Source: Candidatus Cloacimonadales bacterium (GTDB lineage Bacteria > Cloacimonadota > Cloacimonadia > Cloacimonadales > DAONDQ01). From it: a DNA stretch of 64,000 bases. The stretch spans positions 736,001-800,000 of the forward strand of contig OY759316.1 in assembly GCA_963662275.1 (NCBI GenBank), in the 5' to 3' direction. Under the pieces are notes generated by a model that saw nothing but the letters and a program-made list of their open reading frames with translations, made no database searches and was not told the DNA's origin. Positions 37,801 through 47,642 of this stretch are shown piece after piece (position 1 is the first letter of the stretch; the number at the start of each line of letters is the position of its first letter). Both the position numbers and the translations under genes were made by a program.

Positions 37801-39834
37801 ACCAATATTGACGTTAATAATAAGTATGTATACAGTCCTGGAGATACTCTAGAAGTAAAGGTTCAATTCCCAAGTAGTGTTACTAAAGCACGTCTCAATG
37901 TATTTGATGATAAGGAAATATTAAAAAATATCCCTTTTGATATTCAAGTTACTAATGGATTGTTCATTATCAAATATGTTTTTCCGAATATTTTATCAAG
38001 TTCGTATTTCCGAAGAATCAGGGTCTCTGGTGCAGATAACGAAAATGAGTATTTAGCAATAACAGTAGTTGCCGTTGGGAGTTCGAATATTACAGATATC
38101 GTCCTTACTCCGACAAGTCCTTCCATTGCTGATTCTGTACAGATTGAAGCTCGAGCTTCTGATCCTAATGGATTGATATCCGTTACTTGTAAAGTCCATA
38201 AAAAAAATACTGATAGCAGCCAAATTATTAGTATTCCTATGGTTCTAATCAATCCAGAAACGAATATATATCGAACAGCAACTGCAATACCTGCCGCAAC
38301 AGCTGGATCAATGATGGAATATTGGTTTCATATTGTCAATTCTCTGAATACTGTTACTGAGACTCTTGTAAATAATTATACTGTAGGGGGACCTGACTTG
38401 TTCAGCAAAGATATCCGTTACACAAGAATTGCCCATCAGCCAGTAGTAGAAGTGTTAATAAAAAACATGGGTACAACAGCTAGTTATGCAACTGATCTTA
38501 GATTGTATACTGTTTCTGGAAGTCCTTATCATTACACTTTGGAACAAACTCAGGCAATTCTACCCTTTGCTCCAAATACAGAAAGATGGGAACAAATTAT
38601 TTTAGATAGACCTTATCATGAGGCTGTTACTTTCGAAGCAAGAGTTAATCAATCAAATGCGTTTTCTGAATTAGGTTCCAGAGTGAATAATAATATTCAG
38701 ATGATTACTAGTGTTAATGATTTTGTGGCAACCAATTCTCCTTTATCAATCCAGAGTATAGATCAGAATTTGACATGTATTATTCCAACAGGCTTTGTAC
38801 AATCAGGTTTAGAAGTTGATGTTTCGATTCTGGATTTGCTTCCAAAAACAGCCTTAAATCAACCTGATGCTGTGCAACTGAAAATGGCGGATAACAACCT
38901 CTCGATTCCTTATTCTCTGGAAATTACTGATCCTAGTGTTGTAGATTCATTAGGATATTTTTTAAGTCCGTTGAAGATCAACATGAAATTCTATTACAGT
39001 TCAACTGATTCACTTGTACAACTTCAGGAACAAGAAAGTAACTTCAAAGTTTATCGTTGGGAGGAAGTATATCGTAAATGGGTACACCAAGGAGGGGAAA
39101 TATCTGCGGATTCGGATTTTGTGATTTACGGAATAAACAGAACCGGAATTTATGCATTATTGCAGGATAACGATTATGTCATACCATCCATTGATGCTAA
39201 TGTCCAAGATCAGGAATTCTCCTATGGTGGCTTGATTTCTGGAAATGGGGTAATATCGATTTTACTGAGTGATACAAATGGGATCGATATTTTTAAGTAT
39301 CCTATGAAAATGTCCTTAGATGGTGAAGAGATTGATGCATCTAATTACACAATTAGTTATCAGCCAGATTTGATAAATCGCATACCAATAAAATATCAGT
39401 TAAATTTGGATCAGGGTGAATATACCCTTTTGATTCAGTGTACTGATGTAAATGGCAATTTTAATAGAAGAGCTATTAACTTTATCGTGAACACGAATTT
39501 TAATATAACAAATCTGGCTAATTATCCTAACCCAGTAATCAACAGAGCCTATGAACCAGTCAATGACGCTCGTACTAGATTTACCTATATTCTTACGGAT
39601 GATGCTGATAAAGTAACCATTAAAGTATATACTGTATCCGGAAGATTAGTAAGAACTTTTAGGGATATGCCTTCAGGTATCGGATATCATGAGTATCCCC
39701 GTACAGTTTATGGTTGGGACTGTACAGATGAACAAGGTTTTGAACTTGCCAATGGAGTTTATTTTTACAAAATAATCGCTGAAAAGGGTAAGAAAAAAAT
39801 CGAAAAAATTCAGAAACTAGCCATTTTGAAATAG
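34846..39834 (+). CDS. Gingipain-family (C25) PorU-like sortase/peptidase with C25 propeptide and C-terminal sorting domain
   Basis: Signal peptide; EGIYKIT, DYFEFYG, IYDEFNYG, ASDNWY, GHG...SLAC His-Cys dyad; NYPNP...LANGVYFY. Confidence 0.82.
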   Translation: MNKHLLVLISFVLFVTCLFAKPFTIISQNADHITLKFILPKYQLKTIQLSGIDYQTIQADGSSYLCDEGKPLLPYYAEVIGIPVDGDISFNILSQKTEILRNVMIQPADRMKVDENGVSNSFYKDISTYHSNATYPGQILMKRETAFIGDRHMIPIHLIPFQYKTALKELTIVTEMIFDIQINGSKAETRGWTTSKNKIDAVADSLFLNNEFSKKWRKPKDVAQNYIASRDASDQISTVKLIVNKEGIYKITYSYLKSQIEMLQDSLGITLAWNIDELNPRYLELSNHGSPVPIHFQGESDGRFNTNDYFEFYGDMNHGQTSYFDSYTDGNVFQLKLSNDFGARMVVENGGLVSNSAHYTIPDAFESTIHLEQQQVMDKLGNMYTTDNHYYREDNWFWRKITAPNLEIIPFQLQYPKDSSIRGFQAKISLVGITYNESLQPSENDHHALVRINNALISSRNWRNQNEQIFANSQPLANAYLRNGTNTLFIDLPGDTAQGDREQIALDYAEIKYWRLYKTSVDYIKFSKPSWQPAKLFQFTLDGFSNDQISIYKIGSSIMNNLQIEPFTISGGAPYKVTFQDSVNSNDVWFYAITENNKLLPSKVGIDYPSDLLNPANAADCLIVTARDFMNNEGTLLYQQLWEQLNHTVKIVDIQDIYDEFNYGIKSPDALKDFIRYAYNNWSAPQLGYILLLGEGTDDERDFSDTEPFNIIPVKKLWTSKHGATASDNWYACIVGEDQIADLAISRINVWKNEQILPIAQKSQKYINTPYTTDLWYGQAIMASGGSTSEGGDIFAQQCEETRKTTIPADYYVSRVYAATSPALSQYFGGTQELKDKINQGTTFLQFMGHGGGRIWADYNLFDFNEVATLNNHVYPFVSSLACYCNSFDTKGVSSIGEAFVMQTDKGAIGSIGFTGLGYLYQDLDFSLALSEGMFKYDFATIGDIIQYTKARFFSTSYGAALDALTMGSAEIGDPMIRIKKPIKITNIDVNNKYVYSPGDTLEVKVQFPSSVTKARLNVFDDKEILKNIPFDIQVTNGLFIIKYVFPNILSSSYFRRIRVSGADNENEYLAITVVAVGSSNITDIVLTPTSPSIADSVQIEARASDPNGLISVTCKVHKKNTDSSQIISIPMVLINPETNIYRTATAIPAATAGSMMEYWFHIVNSLNTVTETLVNNYTVGGPDLFSKDIRYTRIAHQPVVEVLIKNMGTTASYATDLRLYTVSGSPYHYTLEQTQAILPFAPNTERWEQIILDRPYHEAVTFEARVNQSNAFSELGSRVNNNIQMITSVNDFVATNSPLSIQSIDQNLTCIIPTGFVQSGLEVDVSILDLLPKTALNQPDAVQLKMADNNLSIPYSLEITDPSVVDSLGYFLSPLKINMKFYYSSTDSLVQLQEQESNFKVYRWEEVYRKWVHQGGEISADSDFVIYGINRTGIYALLQDNDYVIPSIDANVQDQEFSYGGLISGNGVISILLSDTNGIDIFKYPMKMSLDGEEIDASNYTISYQPDLINRIPIKYQLNLDQGEYTLLIQCTDVNGNFNRRAINFIVNTNFNITNLANYPNPVINRAYEPVNDARTRFTYILTDDADKVTIKVYTVSGRLVRTFRDMPSGIGYHEYPRTVYGWDCTDEQGFELANGVYFYKIIAEKGKKKIEKIQKLAILK

Positions 39835-39842
39835 GAAGAAAA

Positions 39843-40853
39843 ATGAAAACAAAACTGATTATACTATTCCTTCTGTTGGTTAGCATACATACATTATTTG
39901 CAGGCCGATATGCTGGGGATTTTATGGCGATTGGCGCTGGGACACGTGCTTTAGGAATGGGTGGAGCTTATGCGAGTATTGCTGAAGATGGTTCATCTAT
40001 CTATTGGAATGCTGCTGGAATTGGACAAATAAGGCAGTCAGAAATGACTATGATGCATGCCTATTTATATAATGGCATTGCCTCCTATGATAATATAAGT
40101 CTTTGTCAGCCATTGCCTAATGATGTTACAATAGGTATCAATTGGATACGATTGACCATCGATAACATACCTCACTTCGATGAAAAGTGGTTAGTTGGAA
40201 CAAATGTTGACCAGCGTTCAACCAATCCGCAATATCACTTGCCTGGAACACCAGATGAAGAGTTTTCGAGCACGGATGATTTGTTTCAATTTGCATTTTC
40301 AAAACATACTTCCTATAAGGCAAATTTGGGTTGGCAATTTTTTGAAGTTCCATTTGATTTTTATTTTGGAGGAAATGTAAAATTTATTAAACGACGGATG
40401 TATGATCAACTTGGCTCAGGAACCGGTATTGATTTATCATTTATGACAGCAACGGATTTAGCGATACTCTTTGATCAAGCTTGGATGGGAAAATTGAATT
40501 TTGGAATTAATTTCCAAGATGTATCCGGTACAGATATCACTTGGGATGTAGCTTCCAATCACAAGGATCAAGTTCTTTTTAATACAAAATGGGGTATTTC
40601 CACAATTCAACCTCTTTCATTTATGAACTCACAGATACTGTTTGCCATGGATACAGACTATGCCTATAAAATCGTTCACCATTATGGAACTGAATTTCAA
40701 TATCACAAGATTGCTTCAGTAAGATTTGGATTTTATGACAGCAATTTTTCTACTGGAGTGTCATTCAAATTGTATGGTTTTAATATTGATTATGCTTTTA
40801 TTACCAATCCGCTTGGTAGTACAAATCGAATAGGTTTAAGATTTAACTTTTAG
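39843..40853 (+). CDS. PorV/PorQ-like outer-membrane beta-barrel protein
   Basis: GAGTRALGMGGAY...IYWNAAG N-terminus; IDYAF...terminal Phe; directly follows the porU-like gene. Confidence 0.8.
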   Translation: MKTKLIILFLLLVSIHTLFAGRYAGDFMAIGAGTRALGMGGAYASIAEDGSSIYWNAAGIGQIRQSEMTMMHAYLYNGIASYDNISLCQPLPNDVTIGINWIRLTIDNIPHFDEKWLVGTNVDQRSTNPQYHLPGTPDEEFSSTDDLFQFAFSKHTSYKANLGWQFFEVPFDFYFGGNVKFIKRRMYDQLGSGTGIDLSFMTATDLAILFDQAWMGKLNFGINFQDVSGTDITWDVASNHKDQVLFNTKWGISTIQPLSFMNSQILFAMDTDYAYKIVHHYGTEFQYHKIASVRFGFYDSNFSTGVSFKLYGFNIDYAFITNPLGSTNRIGLRFNF

Positions 40854-40861
40854 GAGAATAT

Positions 40862-41641
40862 ATGCGAAAACACATAGTATTCATTCTCTTCATACTTATT
40901 CTGGTTGCTTTTGGTTGTACAGGGAAAGAAATGATAACAAAGGATAAAACACCTCCAGCAAAACCGGTTTTACTTCCTCACTTAGGAGATACAGGAGATT
41001 TTCCTGACTCTGTCTATTTCAATGGATCATGGGTATTATTAACAGATGATTCAAATGGCATCGATGCAATTCCAGATACTGATGGAATTCGACTATCTTG
41101 GATTCACTTTCTTGATCTTGATATCGATCTTGTGAAAATTTGGAGATTCAGCGATTTTTCTGAACCTGGTGTGATCGCTACAATACCACCATCACAAGAA
41201 ACATATACTGATGTAAAAAATGCTAAAATAAATGGTGACAGTTTGTATTATACTTACTCATATTTTATTGAAGTTATCGATAAATCCGGTAACAGTACGT
41301 TATCTGATACTGTATCATACAGGCTCCTCGAGAAACAAATTGCGCATTATCCGGCAAACGGGGCTACCGTAGCCACAATGGATAGTCTGAATTTCATTTA
41401 CTACAGAAGTGGAAATGTGACAAAATTCCGAATTCTATTGTTCGATGATTTACATAATTTAATCTGGTCACAGAATTATGAAGGAGAAGAGCAAACATCT
41501 TATGCAATTCGATATACTGGGACAACAGCTTTTCTTCCCAATACAACGCTGTTTTGGAGAGTAGATGCTTTCGAATGGGACAGCAGTTTAAATAAGTTTA
41601 TTGGTTCTGAATCTCTCGAAAATACGTTTTATGTTCGATAA
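40862..41641 (+). CDS. Lipoprotein with fibronectin type III-like domains
   Basis: Lipobox AFGC; DKTPPAKP, YTD...YSY.IEVIDKSGNS. Confidence 0.7.
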   Translation: MRKHIVFILFILILVAFGCTGKEMITKDKTPPAKPVLLPHLGDTGDFPDSVYFNGSWVLLTDDSNGIDAIPDTDGIRLSWIHFLDLDIDLVKIWRFSDFSEPGVIATIPPSQETYTDVKNAKINGDSLYYTYSYFIEVIDKSGNSTLSDTVSYRLLEKQIAHYPANGATVATMDSLNFIYYRSGNVTKFRILLFDDLHNLIWSQNYEGEEQTSYAIRYTGTTAFLPNTTLFWRVDAFEWDSSLNKFIGSESLENTFYVR

Positions 41642-41865
41642 TTTATTCTTACAGATGTGATTAACAAAGAAAGATGTAAGTTTAAATATAATTGGGTTTA
41701 ATCCAAATCTGTAAAGACAGCTCAAAGAACGTGAAGCAAGATGCTAAATTCGAATAGTCTTCAATAAAACGAAATGAGCATATGCTCAGAAATTGTATAA
41801 TTTGCTTGACTGAAATGGTGCTAAAATAGAATGTACCATTTTTAAAATGCTTAGAAGGGGCAATT

Positions 41866-42366
41866 GTGAAGAAATTATTGCTTATTGTGTTACTGTCATT
41901 AATGTTGAGTATTGCATTATGTCAAATAGCTGGATCTGGTTCATATCCATCAATGCCAACAACGAACAATGCCTCTGCATATACCTATTCCGGAAGTATG
42001 AATAATGAAGAGAAGCTAAAGATTTATACATACATCTGGGGTCAGGTACTTCGCCCGGGGTTATATATTGTTCCTGATGATACTGATTTATTGACATTAT
42101 TGTCACTTGCTGGAGGGCCATCAGAAAATGCAAAACTAGCAAAGATCCGAATTATCCGCCCCACATCTACTTCCCAAAAAGTAATTCTCGTGAATCTGAA
42201 ATCATATATGGAAACTGGAAATGAGGCTCTTATTCCTATACTACAACCGGGAGATACTGTCATTGTTTCGGGTACAATATTCTACGCCTTTTCACGAGTA
42301 ACAGACTTTTTATCCAAAGTTGCATTAGCGCTCAGTATTTATTTGACAATACATAACTTAAAATAA
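41866..42366 (+). CDS. SLBB-domain (Wza-like) protein
   Basis: IWGQVLRPGLY...LSLAGG...LQPGDTVIV; upstream of the wzc-like gene. Confidence 0.8.
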   Translation: MKKLLLIVLLSLMLSIALCQIAGSGSYPSMPTTNNASAYTYSGSMNNEEKLKIYTYIWGQVLRPGLYIVPDDTDLLTLLSLAGGPSENAKLAKIRIIRPTSTSQKVILVNLKSYMETGNEALIPILQPGDTVIVSGTIFYAFSRVTDFLSKVALALSIYLTIHNLK

Positions 42367-42377
42367 TTAGAGGATAT

Positions 42378-44657
42378 ATGGAACAAACGAATCTCGATCA
42401 GAGTCCAAGCGAAATCAAGATATCTGATTATTTGCCAATGATTCTTCAATACCGTTTACTAATTATAGGGATTTTTCTCCTGGTATTTGCAGGAACCGTG
42501 GTTTATACTGCGAGATTACCGAAGATCTATGAATCTTCTGCAAAAGTACTATTACAGGACAAAGCTGATAATCAACAAATGTTATTCCTTCAAGTACCGG
42601 GTATCGGACCTTCTACAATTAATAATAATATGGAGATAATGAAGAGTCGTCCCGTTGTCGCATTAGCTTATCAGATTATGCTGAAAAATAAAGATGCTAA
42701 TAGTTTCCCTGTCACAAAATCTGCCAGCCCAGTAAGTACACTTAAAAGTCTCTTCCGTGTTGATTCGAAGCGAGATACCGATATATTAACTATAAGCTAT
42801 GATTCAACTGATCCCGTTGAGACAATGGTCGCTGCAAATGCTTTAGCTGAAGCACTTGAGCAACAAAACACACAATATGCAAGATTAGAATATACGAATA
42901 TTCGTGAATTTCTTGAATCTCAACTTGATGCTATTTCCAGAAGGCTTCAAACTTCCGAGGAGGATTTGAGGACATATAAAATTGAAAATGGGCTCACCGA
43001 ATTGAGCCAAGAAACTTCTTCCTTGATCTTGAAATCTGCTGATATACAAGTGTATTATGAAACAGCTCAAATGGACTATAGCGTGGCAAAAAAGACGCTG
43101 AATTTTTTATCAAGTCAATTGATACAGCAGGATTCCATGTTAACCGATGTAAATTCTATTATATCTACACCATATGTTGAAGTATTACGGCAAAATATTG
43201 TAACTAACCAAGCTTTGTTGTCTAAACTGATCACAAAGAATAACTACCCCTCTGATCATCCCCAGATAATACAACTGAATAATGAATTAACAAATGCAAA
43301 GGAAAAACTCCAGTTGGAATTAGCTAAAATACTGGATAGAAGTTTAAGTCAAAATCCTCTTGAATTTAGGGGACAATTGGTACAAAAAATTTCAGCAGCG
43401 CAAGTCGAATTGGTTGCTGCCCAAGCTAAAGTTGATGGTCTCAAATCAACAGTTGATTCATACAATCAACGGATCATGGTACTTCCGGATAAAGAACTGG
43501 AATTAGCACGCTTAACACGTAATATGGTGCTGGATGAAAAAATACATGATATGATGGTTGAAAAGTATGAAGATGCTAAAGTGGCTGAACAGGCAAAGAT
43601 GGGTAATATACGTATCATCGAGCGTGCTGTTGTACCTTCGTATCCTATAAAACCGAAACCCTCTGCGAATTATCTTATGGGTATCATATTAGGATTAGGG
43701 TTGGGAATTGGTGCTGCTTTTCTTGTTCATTCCCTGGATACCAGAATTCGAACTCTTGATGATATTGAAACCTTCGTTAAACTACCGATATTAGGAACAA
43801 TACCAGTCATACAAGAAGCGGAATCAGATTTAGAAGAATTCAATCAATTAATTGAAAAAGCAGATGGCGAATCTAAAACAGAACTGACCAGATCTCTGCA
43901 ATATGTTATGGCTCAGTTAGTTTCTCACTATGCGCCAAAATCTCCAATAGCTGAATCATATCGTACTTTACGTACAAATATTATAGCAAAAAAACCACCA
44001 CGTTCGGTAACAATTCTGGTTACCAGTTCAGGACCTAAGGAAGGTAAATCCACTAGCATCGCTAACATGGCTGTTACTTTAGCACAGATGAATGCGAAAG
44101 TTATCCTTGTTGATCTTGATTTACGTCGACCAATGATCCAGAATAAATTCATGATCGATAAAGAAAATGGAGTAAGTGATTATCTAATTGATTCTAATCT
44201 GACAGTTGCTCAGGTTGCCAAACATACCGAGATTCCAAACTTGGATGTGATTACCAGTGGTTTCATACCTCCTAATCCATCCGAAATGCTTTCGTCAAAA
44301 CGATTTGATGAGCTTATTCTGGACTTAAAAGAGAATTATGACTTTATACTGTTTGATTCACCTCCAGTTATTGCGGTAACAGATGCTTTGATTTTAGCAA
44401 AGAAAGTGGATATGTTATTGATGATCGTCAGAATCGGATTGACAGAGAAAGGAATAGTAAAAAGGGCTCGTGAATTACTTGCTAATGTAAATGCGAAAAT
44501 TGATGGAATCGTTGTCAACGGTATTCAAATTAATAGATATTATTCGAAACAGAATAATTATTATTACTATTACTACTATTATTACGGCGAAGATGTGCCC
44601 AAAAAAGATAAGAAGTTTTTCGCGAAACTCCTACGCAAAGATAAATCTCTATCTTGA
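42378..44657 (+). CDS. wzc: Wzc-like polysaccharide co-polymerase / BY-kinase
   Basis: Two TM helices with periplasmic coiled coil; ESYRTLRTN, GPKEGKS, DLDLRRP, FDSPP; C-terminal Tyr cluster. Confidence 0.9.
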   Translation: MEQTNLDQSPSEIKISDYLPMILQYRLLIIGIFLLVFAGTVVYTARLPKIYESSAKVLLQDKADNQQMLFLQVPGIGPSTINNNMEIMKSRPVVALAYQIMLKNKDANSFPVTKSASPVSTLKSLFRVDSKRDTDILTISYDSTDPVETMVAANALAEALEQQNTQYARLEYTNIREFLESQLDAISRRLQTSEEDLRTYKIENGLTELSQETSSLILKSADIQVYYETAQMDYSVAKKTLNFLSSQLIQQDSMLTDVNSIISTPYVEVLRQNIVTNQALLSKLITKNNYPSDHPQIIQLNNELTNAKEKLQLELAKILDRSLSQNPLEFRGQLVQKISAAQVELVAAQAKVDGLKSTVDSYNQRIMVLPDKELELARLTRNMVLDEKIHDMMVEKYEDAKVAEQAKMGNIRIIERAVVPSYPIKPKPSANYLMGIILGLGLGIGAAFLVHSLDTRIRTLDDIETFVKLPILGTIPVIQEAESDLEEFNQLIEKADGESKTELTRSLQYVMAQLVSHYAPKSPIAESYRTLRTNIIAKKPPRSVTILVTSSGPKEGKSTSIANMAVTLAQMNAKVILVDLDLRRPMIQNKFMIDKENGVSDYLIDSNLTVAQVAKHTEIPNLDVITSGFIPPNPSEMLSSKRFDELILDLKENYDFILFDSPPVIAVTDALILAKKVDMLLMIVRIGLTEKGIVKRARELLANVNAKIDGIVVNGIQINRYYSKQNNYYYYYYYYYGEDVPKKDKKFFAKLLRKDKSLS

Positions 44658-45465
44658 TGTTCTCGGATTGCTTCCAGATGGGTACCATGAAATCAAGACC
44701 ATTTTTGCAGAGATTGATGTTGCTGATGTTCTGAAATATACTTTGACAAGAACTAAGAACATCGAAATTTTGACCAACGTGAATGCTATATCCAATCAGG
44801 ATAATCTTGCAGTTAAAGTTGCAAGTTTTATTCAAGAGAAATACCAAGTTCCTTATGGTGTTCGGATTGAATTGAAAAAAAATATTCCTTTAGCTGCTGG
44901 CATGGGTGGGGGTAGCAGTAATGCAGCAGTGACAATACGGTCTCTATCTGATTTGTGGGAGCTGAAGTTACCTGAAGCAGAAATGATGAGTATAGCTGCA
45001 AAGTATGGGAGTGATGTTCCATTTTTTTTATATGGTGGTACTATGCTTGGTAGCCACAAAGGTGAGAAACTGGCATTATTAGCGCCATTTATTTGGAATT
45101 ATATTCTATTAGTAAAACCATATTTTGGAGTTTCTGCAAGTGAAGCTTATGCTTCAGTGGAATACAACGAAAAAGCAACGAATTGGGAACAATTGATCAG
45201 TTCTGGCGATGTAAAAATGTGTTTTAACCGTCTTCAGGCAGGAGTAATTAGACAGTACCCTGTTATTGGTGAAATTATTACGGAGATGAATAAAACTGGA
45301 GCCATAAAGACAATTATGACTGGAAGTGGTTCAACATGTGTTGGATTTTATAATGATTCAAGCACGATGCAAAAAGCAAAGGACCATTTTGAAATAAAAG
45401 ATTACTGGACATGTTGTACTAAGACTCGAAATCAATCCAACATGAATTTTGAAGTTAATGAATGA
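44593..45465 (+). CDS. ispE: 4-diphosphocytidyl-2-C-methyl-D-erythritol kinase
   Basis: AKINLYLDV, KNIPLAAGMGGGSSNAA, GSDVPFF, MTGSGST; likely ATG 44593. Confidence 0.93.
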   Translation: MCPKKIRSFSRNSYAKINLYLDVLGLLPDGYHEIKTIFAEIDVADVLKYTLTRTKNIEILTNVNAISNQDNLAVKVASFIQEKYQVPYGVRIELKKNIPLAAGMGGGSSNAAVTIRSLSDLWELKLPEAEMMSIAAKYGSDVPFFLYGGTMLGSHKGEKLALLAPFIWNYILLVKPYFGVSASEAYASVEYNEKATNWEQLISSGDVKMCFNRLQAGVIRQYPVIGEIITEMNKTGAIKTIMTGSGSTCVGFYNDSSTMQKAKDHFEIKDYWTCCTKTRNQSNMNFEVNE

Positions 45466-45471
45466 GGGAAG

Positions 45472-46419
45472 ATGTTTTCAAGACTTAAGATTTTTGCTGG
45501 TAATGCTAATCGGGAATTAGCAGAAGAAGTGGCAAAATTTGCGGGTATTCCACTTGGAGATATGGATATCTTCAAGTTCTCAAATGACGAGTCATTTGTT
45601 AAAATCAATGATAACGTCAGGGGAACGGACGTCTTTATTATTCAGCCAACGTGCTATCCAGTCAATGACAATATGATGGAATTATTGATTATGATAGATG
45701 CCTTTAAAAGAGCATCAGCACAAAGGATAAATTGTGTAATTCCATATTATGGATATGCTAGGTCAGATAAGAAGGATCAGCCGCGTGTTCCTATAACAGC
45801 AAAACTCGTGGCAGATTTGATTACTCAAGCTGGAACGAATCGAGTCATTACAATGGATTTGCATGCAGACCAGATTCAAGGATTTTTCAACATTCCTGTG
45901 GATCATTTGTATTCAATTCCCATTTTTGCCAGATATTTTAAGTCGATAATACCTTTGGATAATGTGGTTGTGGTATCACCGGATTCTGGAGGAGCAAATC
46001 GCGCTAGAGCTTTAGCAAAACGGTTAAACTGCAGTTTAGCTATTGGCGATAAACGGCGTCAAGGAAACTCAGATCAAACAGAATTGCTCAACATCATAGG
46101 TGATGTAGCTGGAAAAGAAACAATTCTTTTTGACGACATCATTGACACAGGTGGCTCATTAGTAAAAGTGGCAATGGCATTAGAGAAATTTGGTGCAAAA
46201 AAAATATATGCTGCTTCGGTACATGGAGTTCTTTCTGGAAAGGCGATCAACAACTTGGAAAATTCGCCTATAGAAAGATTATTCATCACGAATTCGATAC
46301 CTTTAAATGAAAAAAAGAGAGCATGTTCCAAAATTGTTCAATTGTCAATTGCGGAGATGCTAGCGATAGCTATTAAAAAGGTACATATTGAGGAATCGAT
46401 CAGCAGTCTTTTTAGATAG
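45472..46419 (+). CDS. prs: Ribose-phosphate pyrophosphokinase
   Basis: PYYGYARSDKK, DLHADQIQGFF, VSPDSGG, DDIIDTGGS. Confidence 0.97.
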   Translation: MFSRLKIFAGNANRELAEEVAKFAGIPLGDMDIFKFSNDESFVKINDNVRGTDVFIIQPTCYPVNDNMMELLIMIDAFKRASAQRINCVIPYYGYARSDKKDQPRVPITAKLVADLITQAGTNRVITMDLHADQIQGFFNIPVDHLYSIPIFARYFKSIIPLDNVVVVSPDSGGANRARALAKRLNCSLAIGDKRRQGNSDQTELLNIIGDVAGKETILFDDIIDTGGSLVKVAMALEKFGAKKIYAASVHGVLSGKAINNLENSPIERLFITNSIPLNEKKRACSKIVQLSIAEMLAIAIKKVHIEESISSLFR

Positions 46420-46436
46420 AATCATGTGGAGGAAAA

Positions 46437-47048
46437 ATGATATTCAGATTGGAAGCTACAAAGCGTACCGTCGGTAAGAAATCGCTTAATCATGTATTGC
46501 GTAAGAACGGGATGATCCCTGCTGTTATTTACGGTCAAGGAAAAGAGGGATTATCTATTAGTCTTAACAAAGTGCAATTTGTGAAAGAGTATAAAAAGAG
46601 TATCGGCGAACTAGCCTTTTTCAACATCGTAGTTGATGGCAAAGAATACAACACCGTTATTAAAGAAAAACAGATTCACCCCGTAAAACGTGATGTGATC
46701 CATGTTGATTTTCTTGAACTGCATAAGGATATACAAATCAGAATTGATATTCCATTAAAGTTCAACGGTCAACCTGAAGATCTTAGAAATGGTGGTATTC
46801 TGGAAATCGGTATGCGTCATCTCTCAGTAACATGTTTACCTGCAGAAATCCCACAAGATTTCGAAGTAGATGTTTCCAGACTCAAAATTGGACAAAGCAT
46901 TCATGTTAAAGATGTAGATGTAAAATCATTGCATATTCATGATTCCTTGGATTTAACTATCATCAGTATGCATGCTGCACGCGGACAGGAAAAAGCAGAT
47001 CAGATAGCAGAAGCAGCAGCAGAAACGGAGAAAAATGAAACTAAATGA
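46437..47048 (+). CDS. rplY: 50S ribosomal protein L25/general stress protein Ctc
   Basis: LRKNGMIPAVIYG, QIHPV...HVDF; prs-rplY-pth synteny. Confidence 0.95.
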   Translation: MIFRLEATKRTVGKKSLNHVLRKNGMIPAVIYGQGKEGLSISLNKVQFVKEYKKSIGELAFFNIVVDGKEYNTVIKEKQIHPVKRDVIHVDFLELHKDIQIRIDIPLKFNGQPEDLRNGGILEIGMRHLSVTCLPAEIPQDFEVDVSRLKIGQSIHVKDVDVKSLHIHDSLDLTIISMHAARGQEKADQIAEAAAETEKNETK

Positions 47049-47626
47049 AACTAATCATAGGATTGGGAAATCCCGGTAAAGAATACAGGTTTACCCGTCA
47101 TAATATTGGTTTCTTAGTATTAGATCATTGGGCTGAAAATCGTGGTCTGGTTTTTCAGAAAGAATCAGACTATGATTTTATCCGTTGGAAAAATAACCTG
47201 ATTATTAAACCTACTACGTTCATGAACTGTAGTGGACAAGCGATTCGCAGATTATTAAATAAGTATCATAATTTAGAAGATATTTTAGTTATCGCAGATG
47301 ATATTTATCTTTCTTTTGGAGAGATCAGGATTCGAGAAAAAGGGGGAGATGGCGGTCATAATGGTTTAAAATCCATTATTGAGGTTCTCAACTCACAAGA
47401 GTTCAAGCGCATGCGAATCGGGATACAAGAACCAGCGCAACAGAGCCTTCGTGATTATGTACTTTCAGAATTTTCAGCAGAAGAAACGCAAATGTTAGAG
47501 AAACTTCTGGACGAAGTAACCAAGTTGGTAGATTTGTTCTTAAGTAGAAATTATCAAGTAATGGCTGATGCTTACAGCCAAAATAAAAAAACCTATTCCG
47601 GTAAATCCAAAACCGGGATCGAATGA
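47045..47626 (+). CDS. pth: Peptidyl-tRNA hydrolase
   Basis: GLGNPG..Y..TRHNIGF, KPTTFMN.SG, GGHNGLKS. Confidence 0.96.
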   Translation: MKLIIGLGNPGKEYRFTRHNIGFLVLDHWAENRGLVFQKESDYDFIRWKNNLIIKPTTFMNCSGQAIRRLLNKYHNLEDILVIADDIYLSFGEIRIREKGGDGGHNGLKSIIEVLNSQEFKRMRIGIQEPAQQSLRDYVLSEFSAEETQMLEKLLDEVTKLVDLFLSRNYQVMADAYSQNKKTYSGKSKTGIE

Positions 47627-47642
47627 CCAAAGGAGGAAACGA

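Noticed and set aside
44491..44592. N-terminal extension of ispE given in the ORF track
   Set aside because: The Ile/Thr-rich stretch is an alternative reading of the wzc tyrosine cluster; ATG 44593 fits the family start.
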